DNA of 52,542 nt from a virus (IMGVR_UViG_3300013118_000236:1-52542), one strand, 5' to 3'; numbered from the stretch's first letter, positions 42,874-51,251 are shown. Notes: generated by a model not told the origin, from the letters alone. Program-made: numbers and translations.

Positions 42874-43872
42874 TCAAACTGCAACGTCAACACTTTCGTT
42901 AGTAATCTTGTTTAAGTGAACCTTAAGTTCTTCCCAATTTAGCTCACCAAATCCATCTTCAATCATCATCTTAAGGATGGCAGTTTTATTGAAATTAAAA
43001 TCAAACTTTTCTACTGATTCTTTAACAACGATCTTGGATTGAATTGACATCTGTGGTGAGTACAGTTGCATCATTTTATAATTGTGTTCGATCAGCTCTC
43101 TACTATCAACAATGTTATTATAAACTTTCAGTTTACTATTTTCTAACTGTTTTTCACAGTGTTGAATGATATCATCAACTGTGTGTGTTTCTTCTTCCGA
43201 CAAGAACTGCAATCTTTTTGCAACTGTACCGAAGCCAACACCTTTAACGCCCGGCAAGTTGTCGGACGTATCACCAATAATTGCCCTCGCTAGCGCCATA
43301 TTAGTCGGATGGACGCCAGTTTGTTCCACGATTCTGTTAGTGTTCAAAAGCTCGTCTTTTGTGGGGCGCCAAAGTACCGTCTCATCATCACAAAGTTGCA
43401 TGAAGTCTTTATCATTTGATACTATGATTTTTTGCCATCCATCATAGTGCGGAAGGTTGCAAACATATGAGATAACATCATCTGCTTCCACCTGTTCAAT
43501 CATTGTTTGAATAATCGGCATCTCGTTCAAATATTCAATAAGTCGGCTTTGTTGCCAAATCTTATTTTGGATCTCTTCGTCGCCAGTAAGGTTATGAAAA
43601 GCGCGATTGAGACGGATCGGCTTGCGGCCTTGCTTGTAGTTCTTGTCCATGGTCTTGCGCTTTCGCGAACCATCAGGACCATCCCAAGCAATAATAATAT
43701 TGTCGGGCTTCGTTGTGCGCACAAGCTTCTGGAGGATCTTCAAGGATCCCTTCAGGCCGCCAATCGGCTGGCCATGCTGTGACAGGCTAGGATCAACGAT
43801 ATAAGCACGTAAATACATATTTAATGCGTCAATGACCAATACTCTCTTCTTTTCTTTATTCTTCATATTCAT
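42874..43872 (-). CDS. 5'-3' exonuclease / flap endonuclease (PolI N-terminal, T4 RNase H type)
   Basis: LVIDALN, YKQGR, EADDVI, SNDKDF.QL, GDTSDNLPGVKGVG. Confidence 0.93.
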   Translation of the reverse strand: MNMKNKEKKRVLVIDALNMYLRAYIVDPSLSQHGQPIGGLKGSLKILQKLVRTTKPDNIIIAWDGPDGSRKRKTMDKNYKQGRKPIRLNRAFHNLTGDEEIQNKIWQQSRLIEYLNEMPIIQTMIEQVEADDVISYVCNLPHYDGWQKIIVSNDKDFMQLCDDETVLWRPTKDELLNTNRIVEQTGVHPTNMALARAIIGDTSDNLPGVKGVGFGTVAKRLQFLSEEETHTVDDIIQHCEKQLENSKLKVYNNIVDSRELIEHNYKMMQLYSPQMSIQSKIVVKESVEKFDFNFNKTAILKMMIEDGFGELNWEELKVHLNKITNESVDVAV

Positions 43873-44161
43873 AATTAATTAACTCGTAAATGTTGCCCCA
43901 TGGGTCCTTGGAATACACAGATCTGGAGCCGTCTCTATGTGGTTTGACTTTGTTTTCCATGCCTTCGAAATTGTCAGTCTCAAAAGCAAAATGTGCTGGA
44001 TGTGTGCCCCTCTTCACAAAGGCCATTTTGATATTCTCAAATTCCACAAGGGCCCAAGAATCATCACTGTAAAGCCTTGATGCTCCGAAATTTAGTTCGT
44101 ACCATTCTGCTGCACGCCCGGGGTCTTCCACGGGCAACGCAATGTGGTCAATTTTAGTCAT
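43856..44161 (-). CDS. VOC/glyoxalase family protein
   Basis: IDHIALPV.D...A.WY, HFAF, DPWGNIYEL. Confidence 0.85.
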   Translation of the reverse strand: MTKIDHIALPVEDPGRAAEWYELNFGASRLYSDDSWALVEFENIKMAFVKRGTHPAHFAFETDNFEGMENKVKPHRDGSRSVYSKDPWGNIYELINYEYEE

Positions 44162-44164
44162 AAA

Positions 44165-44240
44165 TGCCCCCAGAGGAGCTTTACGGCGCTAGCAGTATAA
44201 CTTACCGCAGCGTCCCACAAAGCGCGCTCAGGGCCCTCCT
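44165..44240 (-). ncRNA. Candidate structured 5' leader RNA
   Basis: GC-rich leader with nested stems GAGC/GCTC, GCGCT/AGCGC, GCGGTA/TACTGC between a promoter and the VOC start; family not recognised. Confidence 0.35.
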
Positions 44241-44252
44241 AGATATGTTACT

Positions 44253-44281
44253 AGTATATACGCTTATACGATGCTTGTCAA
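44253..44281 (-). promoter_or_regulatory. Sigma70-type promoter
   Basis: TTGACA-17 nt-TATACT. Confidence 0.75.
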
Positions 44282-44284
44282 GTA

Positions 44285-45406
44285 CTATTTCTCATCTTCG
44301 TCATAATAGTCGGCAGCGTTCCCTTGTCGATTCTGAAATTTTTGAATGACTTCGACTTCCATGAGTTCAAGAACCTTATTCCTAAACTCTTCGTCGTTCT
44401 TTACCAATTCGGTCCACTTCGATGGCTGGAACTTTTTGGAGTAATCGCCCATTGTCAGCGTATACCATGAGCCGGCAGACTGCATGTGCTTAGAACTCTT
44501 AACGGCATCGAACCATGATTCATGGTCTTGGATGCCAATTTCTTCAGTGCCCCATAGAATACGGAATGTGCAATTTCTGCCCTCAGTACCAAACCTTGAC
44601 TTTTCAAGTTTTACCTTAACTTCCGAACCAATCTTGAACCCTTTCTCGTCAAGTACAGCGGCCGCTTTGGATTTACGACCAGTAAGCCAAATACGCAATG
44701 AGTATGAATAGTGCATTGCTTTTCCACCCGGTGTAACATACGGCGTAGTCATTGCAATCTGTCGTGCCATCGGGCCTTGCGGAATATTGGTCTTTAATTG
44801 ATTGAGTACGATAAACGTTGCTTTTTGATCCGCGATAGGAATGACCAGTTTGGACATACCTTTTGCCAAGATTCGGGCCTTGGTGGCCACAGATGATTGC
44901 GGATTGAAGTCACCCTCAACATCTGAAATAGAAGGCGTAAACGCGAGAGAGTCCCATATGAAGACCAACTGATCTTCTGCTGCTCCGAGTAATTCCTCAA
45001 TAGTCTCCAAGACAAACTCAACTGAAGATGCCTGAACATACATTAAATTTTCCAAATCACAACCAGCACGACTTAAGAAGTCAGGATCGATAGCTGATTC
45101 AGAGTCAAAATAAACAACCATCTTGCCTTGTTTCTGAGCGTTGGCAGCAATTTGTGCTGCCATATAAGATTTACCAGTTGATTGAAGGCCCGCGATCTCG
45201 GTAATTTTACCAACCGGCACTCCGGCTAGATGACCCTTACAAATAATAGAGTCAAGCCACCTAGAGCCTGTTGGGATCCACTCCTTAACAGAAGTGGGGT
45301 TGTCGGTGGTAAGATCGTGCGCCACCTCACGGCCAGCTTTTTTATTCACTAGCTTCATAAGGTCGTGCATAGATACACGACCGGCCTTTGCTTTGGCTTT
45401 TGCCAT
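44285..45406 (-). CDS. recA: RecA/UvsX recombinase
   Basis: IPTGS..LD, GLQSTGKS, DSE.A.D, WDSLA, LNQLK, TPGGKA. Confidence 0.93.
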   Translation of the reverse strand: MAKAKAKAGRVSMHDLMKLVNKKAGREVAHDLTTDNPTSVKEWIPTGSRWLDSIICKGHLAGVPVGKITEIAGLQSTGKSYMAAQIAANAQKQGKMVVYFDSESAIDPDFLSRAGCDLENLMYVQASSVEFVLETIEELLGAAEDQLVFIWDSLAFTPSISDVEGDFNPQSSVATKARILAKGMSKLVIPIADQKATFIVLNQLKTNIPQGPMARQIAMTTPYVTPGGKAMHYSYSLRIWLTGRKSKAAAVLDEKGFKIGSEVKVKLEKSRFGTEGRNCTFRILWGTEEIGIQDHESWFDAVKSSKHMQSAGSWYTLTMGDYSKKFQPSKWTELVKNDEEFRNKVLELMEVEVIQKFQNRQGNAADYYDEDEK

Positions 45407-45457
45407 ATTAGCTCCTTAATTTTCTTTAGCTATACACTGTAATAGTGATACTCAAAT

Positions 45458-45486
45458 AGTATAACATAGTGTAGCTAATAAGGCAA
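45458..45486 (-). promoter_or_regulatory. Sigma70-type promoter for recA
   Basis: TTGCCT-17 nt-TATACT. Confidence 0.6.
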
Positions 45487-45506
45487 GCAATATAAAAACT
45501 TTTATA

Positions 45507-46457
45507 TTAAAAAGGTTTAACCTTGTTGTATTCGAGCACAAGAACATCCACGGCCGATGTGAATCGCACTGTCCATGATTGCCCGTTGTCTGTTGAGCTA
45601 CTTATCTTATTGCCTTTACCGCCGGCTATAATCGTCGTCCCATCTGACGCTAATCCCATGATTTGGCCAACATCCGGATTCGCCAGATCGGTAGTGGCCC
45701 ATGACGCACAATTGTCAGTTGATATATATAATTGAGTTCCCTTGTTGGCAGTCATCCAAGTGTTTCCTGTGATGTGACAGATTGCCCAAAGAGCCTCCGA
45801 AATACCGGTTACGGCGCTCCAAGTATCTGTTGTGTCGCTCTCTGTAATTGAGGTTATTCGGTAAGAAGTTGTGCCATTGCCGGCTAAGAACCATACTCCG
45901 TTGTTGTATTCGATACCGTTCGCGCGGGTGGCTGTGGATTCGTACCAGTTCAAGCCATCATCATATGATTTAAGAGTCTTCAGGGTGCCTCCCATGAGCC
46001 ATGTTCCGGCACCATCGGTTGCAAGGCAAAGGTTTAAGCCTGCACCAGATTCAACATCGGTAATTTTAGTCCAGCTATCTCCGCCGTTGGTTGATCTAAA
46101 CACATCGTCGCCAGTTGCGGCGATCCAAGTTCCGTTGTCACCGTACTCAACTGTTCTGGCTGCGTCCGACGTGCCGGAGAAATCGATTGATGACCAAGAG
46201 CCGGAGGTTGTAGGGTCCGCCGAGTACCTGAGTTCAGGACTTGTGTTGGTAGCAACAATCCACCGAGCATCATCACTGTCATCCTTGCCAAAAGATATAT
46301 CCCAATAATCAGATGTTTCTCCGGCCGGGCTTTCATACTCAGTCCAACTTTCAGCATCTGATGAGTACATCACCCGGCCGTCCCTACCGACGCCGGCCCA
46401 CAACGGGACGTGATCCTCTTCCTCTCTCCAATGGTTCATTTGAAATTTGTATGTCAC
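45507..46457 (-). CDS. BNR/Asp-box beta-propeller, paralog of 12191..13219
   Basis: STNGGDSW, SYDDGLNW, STDNGQSW; shared C-terminus EYNKVKPF; start uncertain (GTG 46457 or ATG 46439). Confidence 0.7.
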   Translation of the reverse strand: MTYKFQMNHWREEEDHVPLWAGVGRDGRVMYSSDAESWTEYESPAGETSDYWDISFGKDDSDDARWIVATNTSPELRYSADPTTSGSWSSIDFSGTSDAARTVEYGDNGTWIAATGDDVFRSTNGGDSWTKITDVESGAGLNLCLATDGAGTWLMGGTLKTLKSYDDGLNWYESTATRANGIEYNNGVWFLAGNGTTSYRITSITESDTTDTWSAVTGISEALWAICHITGNTWMTANKGTQLYISTDNCASWATTDLANPDVGQIMGLASDGTTIIAGGKGNKISSSTDNGQSWTVRFTSAVDVLVLEYNKVKPF

Positions 46458-46501
46458 TGGTGTGTGCCCCCTGATTATATATAGCATGGAGGGGCCAAGG
46501 C

Positions 46502-46529
46502 GGCAGACTTATACCGGTCTGCCAGCGGT
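46502..46529 (-). repeat. H-type pseudoknot repeat, copy D
   Basis: ACCG-CT-GGCAGAC-CGGT-ATAA-GTCTGCC. Confidence 0.8.
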
Positions 46530-46540
46530 CACTGAGGCCT

Positions 46541-47755
46541 TTAAGCCGCAAGTTTTCGTAGACCAAACGCAAATACGTTAGTTTTTACACAATCGGTAAG
46601 CTTTTTGATTCTCTTGGCGCGTGCGCCCGCATAATGGGGCAAATTAATCCAAGTAAAGTAATATTGTTGTTTTGAAACTTCGTCAGGATCTAAATTATTT
46701 GCGATGTATCTTGTTTTCTCGTTAGCATACGCAGTATCACTTTGACTAATAAGACTGTCGTCTAATTCTTTTAATTTGTTAAAAAACAAAGAATAAGAAT
46801 TGCAATCAATGTCATAGTTGTTATCATAGACCCACTCACAAACATAGAGTACAGCCCAACACATTTTTGCTGCTATTGTTTTTGATGGAGGGTAATAAGT
46901 TTGATTACAAATTGTGTGCCTCCACATGTCTAGAATCTCTTCCACTCTCTGTATGTCATTCGAAGAGTACGGACACCCTTCATCAGAAATAGAGTGATAA
47001 CCCAGGCCCATAGAATAAAAACGATCTATTTCATCGGAGGATAAGCCCCAATGATTGGTTTTGTTATTGGCTGGGTTGTTCCTCATAAGGACCATGGTCA
47101 TTTTAGCCACTAACTCATCATCCAGCATCCTAGTAGCATCTTTTCTGCTGACAACTCTCATAAGAGCGTCGTCAAGAGTTTTTCTAGTTTTTCTTACCCA
47201 ATCAGAAATTGGCGTTTTAAGAGAATTTCTTTTTTCATGGGCATTTAATGGCTCACCAGAATTTAGTGCTAAGAAAATATCCGATAATGTATCTTTTCCA
47301 CAAGGAGGGGCTACTTCAACATTAAGAAAACCTCCATCCAAAATGCGATCACGAAGGCGCTCAGGAAAATCTTTAAATAATTTATTTGTTACCGTTTGCG
47401 ACACATCGTCAGCATCCAAAAAAGTTCCGGAAATAGGAAACTTATCATTTAAGAATTCAACAATCTTTTTTGATCTGTTTTGACCGTCTAAAGAGATATA
47501 GCGATACCCCTTGTTTAGAATTCTATGAAAATATTTGGCTGATACGCGATCACCGTTTTTTCTAGAAAACTTTAAACACTTTTTAACGTCGGCCACAACG
47601 ATTGTTGTAAGTTGGGACCAGCCGCGGCATACAGAAACCATGAACAGCGCTAAGAGTTCGTTATTCCAAACTTCCCGGCGCTGGTGCTCCTCTGCATAAT
47701 ATACTTCCGTGAAATCATGATCTTCACGGAACTCTTTTAAACTAACTAATGACAT
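46541..47755 (-). CDS. DUF262 (GmrS/ParB-like) domain protein
   Basis: QRREVW, SLDGQNRS, IF..LNSG.PL...EKRN; GGAGGT RBS. Confidence 0.75.
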   Translation of the reverse strand: MSLVSLKEFREDHDFTEVYYAEEHQRREVWNNELLALFMVSVCRGWSQLTTIVVADVKKCLKFSRKNGDRVSAKYFHRILNKGYRYISLDGQNRSKKIVEFLNDKFPISGTFLDADDVSQTVTNKLFKDFPERLRDRILDGGFLNVEVAPPCGKDTLSDIFLALNSGEPLNAHEKRNSLKTPISDWVRKTRKTLDDALMRVVSRKDATRMLDDELVAKMTMVLMRNNPANNKTNHWGLSSDEIDRFYSMGLGYHSISDEGCPYSSNDIQRVEEILDMWRHTICNQTYYPPSKTIAAKMCWAVLYVCEWVYDNNYDIDCNSYSLFFNKLKELDDSLISQSDTAYANEKTRYIANNLDPDEVSKQQYYFTWINLPHYAGARAKRIKKLTDCVKTNVFAFGLRKLAA

Positions 47756-47778
47756 TTTACACCTCCAGTTTATTGTGT

Positions 47779-47812
47779 GATTAAACCAATGTCATGTGAC
47801 AAACGTTTAATC
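47779..47812. repeat. Inverted repeat in the leader of the DUF262 gene
   Basis: GATTAAAC-N3-TGTCA-N2-TGACA-N3-GTTTAATC. Confidence 0.6.
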
Positions 47813-47830
47813 TAGTCTTTCGTTAAAGGC

Positions 47831-47859
47831 GGCAGACTTTACACCGGTCTGCCAGCGGC
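47831..47859 (-). repeat. H-type pseudoknot repeat, copy C
   Basis: GCCG-CT-GGCAGAC-CGGT-GTAAA-GTCTGCC. Confidence 0.8.
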
Positions 47860-47866
47860 TTTTGTT

Positions 47867-47977
47867 TTACTCCACTGCAGTGTCTGCAGAGGCGGCGGTA
47901 TCTTCCGCCGTGTCTTCATCCTTATCCCCACAACCCATCAATAGGGTCGCAGCAAGGACTGGTAGAACGAGTCTCAT
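47867..47977 (-). CDS. 36-aa micro-lipoprotein
   Basis: Read manually: MRLVLPVLAATLLMG-CGDKDEDTAEDTAASADTAVE; lipobox LMGC; AAGGAG RBS. Confidence 0.75.
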   Translation of the reverse strand: MRLVLPVLAATLLMGCGDKDEDTAEDTAASADTAVE

Positions 47978-47999
47978 TTTGCTTTATCTCCTTAAAAGC

Positions 48000-48028
48000 G
48001 GCAGACTTTTTACCGGTCTGCCAGCGGC
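48000..48028 (-). repeat. H-type pseudoknot repeat, copy B
   Basis: GCCG-CT-GGCAGAC-CGGT-AAAAA-GTCTGCC. Confidence 0.8.
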
Positions 48029-48036
48029 TTTTTTCA

Positions 48037-48309
48037 CTACTCGGTTGTAGTTGTTTCCGTAGTAGTTGTTGTCTCACCTGTAGTTTCAGTGGTTGTTCCG
48101 CCTTCCGTGGTTCCACCGCTCGCTGTTTCAGTTGCGGTGGTGGAAGAAACTTCAATAGAATTTGTAGTCTCCCCAATGGTGGTGTTGTCTGACACCGTTG
48201 CCGGATCTACAGAACAGGTCCCGTAGGCGGTTGCGACAACTAAGACACCTCCGACGACAGTAACCTGTATCTTCCATTTAGCCCATACGGACTTCATCCA
48301 ATCTAACAT
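48037..48309 (-). CDS. Membrane-anchored Thr-rich protein
   Basis: Start MLDWMK behind AAGGAGA; one hydrophobic segment then a T/E-rich tail. Confidence 0.7.
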   Translation of the reverse strand: MLDWMKSVWAKWKIQVTVVGGVLVVATAYGTCSVDPATVSDNTTIGETTNSIEVSSTTATETASGGTTEGGTTTETTGETTTTTETTTTE

Positions 48310-48340
48310 AATATTTCTCCTTCTATGTTGTTGAAAAGGG

Positions 48341-48367
48341 GCGCCCATTAACCGGGGCGCTATCGGC
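48341..48367 (-). repeat. H-type pseudoknot repeat, copy A (covariant stem 2)
   Basis: GCCG-ATA-GCGCCC-CGGT-TAAT-GGGCGC. Confidence 0.7.
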
Positions 48368-48375
48368 TTAATGTG

Positions 48376-49146
48376 TTAACCAGCCATCAACTCATCGAAG
48401 GCTTTGTCAACGTCGTTAGCTTCCTTTTTACCATACGACTCAGTTTGGCGCGAGCGACCTTCAGCAGAAGAATCGGAGGCCAACTGTTCGTCAAGAATGG
48501 CATCAACCTGTTCGGGCGTCAGGCGCTCAAACAAGCTGTCAAAATCGGGCATATTTTCCAGAAGCCCGGGAAGAGCGTCAGAGTCACTTAGGAGGGGACT
48601 AGTGTTACGACGCATCTTCAAGTTGGTTTGTGGGTACGCACCGGGACGAGTGGGCTTCGTATAAGTGAGCGTAATGTCAGTACCCTCTACCGAATCGGTG
48701 ATATCACCGTATTCAGGATCAAGAATATATCCTAAAAGCAACTCATACGCGGTCTTTCCGTAACCATAGACCTTAATACCCTCATCCTCGCGTCCACGCA
48801 CCACTACCGGAGAGAAATAACGTTGACGCACAAAAAGCGACTTTGCCAACTTCTTGCTTTCCTCATCATTCTTCTCGGTGCCCTCGCGCCACAAAGATGA
48901 CGCGAATTCACATATAGGACAGCGTTCGCCAAAGTTGCGCTTCGGACAAAGCACACCGCCCTTATGATCTCCCACATTATAGTGGAAATACATTTCCTTT
49001 AACGGATCACCATCTGATGTTGGCACGATCCGAATATCTTGGTCTCCTTCATCTGGCTTAAACCAGTGTGAGGTACCATTATCTCTAGTTCCCTCGCCAC
49101 GCAATGTGGCGAGCTTTTGTTTCATTAGTTCCATGTTAATAGACAT
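48376..49146 (-). CDS. Single-stranded DNA-binding protein (T4 gp32-like)
   Basis: WFKP..G...IRIVP, HY...CPK...CPICE, YGDITD..GTDI, acidic tail DVDKAFDELM. Confidence 0.85.
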   Translation of the reverse strand: MSINMELMKQKLATLRGEGTRDNGTSHWFKPDEGDQDIRIVPTSDGDPLKEMYFHYNVGDHKGGVLCPKRNFGERCPICEFASSLWREGTEKNDEESKKLAKSLFVRQRYFSPVVVRGREDEGIKVYGYGKTAYELLLGYILDPEYGDITDSVEGTDITLTYTKPTRPGAYPQTNLKMRRNTSPLLSDSDALPGLLENMPDFDSLFERLTPEQVDAILDEQLASDSSAEGRSRQTESYGKKEANDVDKAFDELMAG

Positions 49147-49200
49147 TACTTTTTTCTCCTTTTTGTTTTGATAAAGTATACTGAGCTTTCCTCAGCATCT

Positions 49201-49229
49201 AATGTATTACTCTTGCTCTAGCTTGTCAA
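49201..49229 (-). promoter_or_regulatory. Sigma70-type promoter for SSB, followed by a 5' hairpin and A-rich leader
   Basis: TTGACA-17 nt-TACATT; then TGCTGAG-GAAAG-CTCAGTA hairpin. Confidence 0.65.
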
Positions 49230-50070
49230 GAGTTTTTTGTTGTATTACGTTGGTATGGGCAACGCAAAACCCAAAGTCTGTTTCAAAAGGCGACTCGTAA
49301 ATTGCATAAGAAACATTTTTAAATGCATTCCTAGGTTTATTTTTGAGATGGCCTATAATATTTTTGTGTAAATCTCCGTCCTTTTCCAATTTTTCAGTTG
49401 ATATACAGATATAATAACATACATCACGAGAGCTGTCAAGATCAAAATACCAATTTTCTTGAAGAGTTTGTGGGTCAATCCTCCCCAAAGAGCGGATTCT
49501 TTGAATGCCGGGGGCGGCCACTAAATTCCCAATAATTGGTGATGTATGATCAAATAAGTTCTTATAATGTACACAATAATAAATAGTTTTATTTATAGTT
49601 TCAAAGTATTTTTTAATAGGTACTGAGCCTATAGATTCTTCTAATATTGGGTTACTAAAAATTGTAAAAGAGTTGAATAAGCCGGACCTCGCATATTGCT
49701 GTAGAACACTAAAAATAGCACGTTCTTGGAGTTTCGCAGCACCCAACAATAGATCAATATCTGGCTCAATGTAAAAGATGTCGATTTTCTTATCTTTTAG
49801 TTGTTGCAAGATAGTCAACGTTGCGTTAGCAGTTCTCGCTGAACCACACAAGAATACTTGCACACGTTCCTCCATACTGGAAAAGAATTTCTCCAAGTTG
49901 GGAGTGCTTGTTTCGTAATCTTCAAGATTTGCTTGATATTTTATCTTTCGCTTGTATTTTGTATTTCTTTCAACATTATCAGACATAACATAGCAGTTAT
50001 ACTCTTTGTTGTTGGAAAAGCAATTAACAATATTTTCACCAGCAGTCCCAATACCCAAAAGTGATATCAC
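49207..50070 (-). CDS. Divergent tubulin/FtsZ-like (PhuZ-like) protein
   Basis: N-terminal LLGIGTAGENIV (T1 loop) and FtsZ-like layout; the GGGTGS signature appears replaced by CGSARTAN. Confidence 0.55.
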   Translation of the reverse strand: MISLLGIGTAGENIVNCFSNNKEYNCYVMSDNVERNTKYKRKIKYQANLEDYETSTPNLEKFFSSMEERVQVFLCGSARTANATLTILQQLKDKKIDIFYIEPDIDLLLGAAKLQERAIFSVLQQYARSGLFNSFTIFSNPILEESIGSVPIKKYFETINKTIYYCVHYKNLFDHTSPIIGNLVAAPGIQRIRSLGRIDPQTLQENWYFDLDSSRDVCYYICISTEKLEKDGDLHKNIIGHLKNKPRNAFKNVSYAIYESPFETDFGFCVAHTNVIQQKTLDKLEQE

Positions 50071-51251
50071 AAAATCAACTCCTTAAGATCATAGTAATTT
50101 TTTCCAGCATTGATGTTGCCACGAAATTTGCCGAGCGAATTATTTTCAAAAATATTTTTAATCAAAGGGGCCACACTACGCTCTGAATCATCAAGATCAA
50201 TAACTATTTCGTCATGCACAATATGTGATATAAATGATTTCTTTCCCTCTAGAAACTTATCAATCTCAACAGCGCGTTCCATGACTAAGTCTGCCGTCGT
50301 ACTCTGTATCAAATAGTTAAAGGCTTTTCTGTGTTCTACCGGAACTGCTCTTCCGGTCATGGTGTTAACTTTTCCATCTACATAATAATCGGATAATATT
50401 TTATCTCTGTTATACAGATCGCTTTTTATTGCGTCTGAGTCTGGATTGTATAACCAAGCAAAGAATTTTTCTTTAGCTTCTCCGCGTGATAAAACACCGC
50501 CAAACACATTTTTTGCATTCCACTGGTGGATGTCCCAATCGGGCTGCGGCTCATTGCCGAGAGCCAATACTGTTCTTAATTCGGCGCCATTATAATCCAA
50601 ACTGAGGAACCAATCATTTTTGGGCTTGATTATTTTACGGTGTGTCTTTTTCATGGTTAAAATTGGCAGAGAATTGCTGAATGTTGTCAAGCGACCAGTC
50701 ACTGTACCAAATAGATTATAATCAACGTGTGAGGGCCCAGACAACAGCCTTTGAAGTTGAAGGCGGTCCCTTGAATTGGTCATTAGCTCTCGGCAGTCTT
50801 TGTTGCTAGTAGTCAAATTGTTAAATTTGATCTTGTGCAGTAGTCTATGTACACTGGCTAGATGCTCATAGTTGCGCGGCTTTTCGTAATTTTCAAAAAC
50901 ATGTTTTGTAATCTGATTCTTAGTTTCGCAAAAGTTTAACAAAAAGTCTTCAGGCACCAAATCGTAAAAACACAATTCACGTAAATTAATTTTTGCTATT
51001 CTAAATGACTGAAGGTATGCTTTAAATTTGGCCTGATTCGAGGCCAATTTTGCAGATATATCGGTCGGGCAGACTTCAGCGAGATTCTTGCCGCCAGTCA
51101 TAATCCACGCATATTCCACAGAATTATCAGTGATAGCACCGGAATGGCGCCATGTTTTTGTTAGATTAACCGGCAGATCCTCAAAATATAGTTTACCATT
51201 TGTGTATATTCCGACGCACTCTGATTTATCGTCTAGACTTTGAAAGTACAA
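50067..51251 (-). CDS. Short family A DNA polymerase (polymerase domain only)
   Basis: TVTGRLT, motif A LDYNGAELR, motif B R.EAK..FF..LY, NYLIQSTTAD, motif C VHDEIVID; TTG start behind GGAG. Confidence 0.85.
   Translation of the reverse strand: MYFQSLDDKSECVGIYTNGKLYFEDLPVNLTKTWRHSGAITDNSVEYAWIMTGGKNLAEVCPTDISAKLASNQAKFKAYLQSFRIAKINLRELCFYDLVPEDFLLNFCETKNQITKHVFENYEKPRNYEHLASVHRLLHKIKFNNLTTSNKDCRELMTNSRDRLQLQRLLSGPSHVDYNLFGTVTGRLTTFSNSLPILTMKKTHRKIIKPKNDWFLSLDYNGAELRTVLALGNEPQPDWDIHQWNAKNVFGGVLSRGEAKEKFFAWLYNPDSDAIKSDLYNRDKILSDYYVDGKVNTMTGRAVPVEHRKAFNYLIQSTTADLVMERAVEIDKFLEGKKSFISHIVHDEIVIDLDDSERSVAPLIKNIFENNSLGKFRGNINAGKNYYDLKELIL

Noticed and set aside
44165-44240. Assignment of the leader to SAH, ZTP, hammerhead or twister families
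   Set aside because: Only fragments of their consensus motifs are present and not in the right order; left unassigned.
31131-45406. Inteins or introns in dnaE, nrdJ, helicase or recA
   Set aside because: The ORFs are continuous and of ordinary length, with no splicing or homing-endonuclease motifs seen.
12191-46457. Diversity-generating retroelement acting on the propeller pair or the small-gene array
   Set aside because: There is no reverse transcriptase in the window and I saw no near-identical template/variable pair with adenine-specific differences.
46502-48367. Repeats as a CRISPR array
   Set aside because: Spacing is irregular (about 170-1330 bp), whole genes lie between copies, and no cas genes are present.
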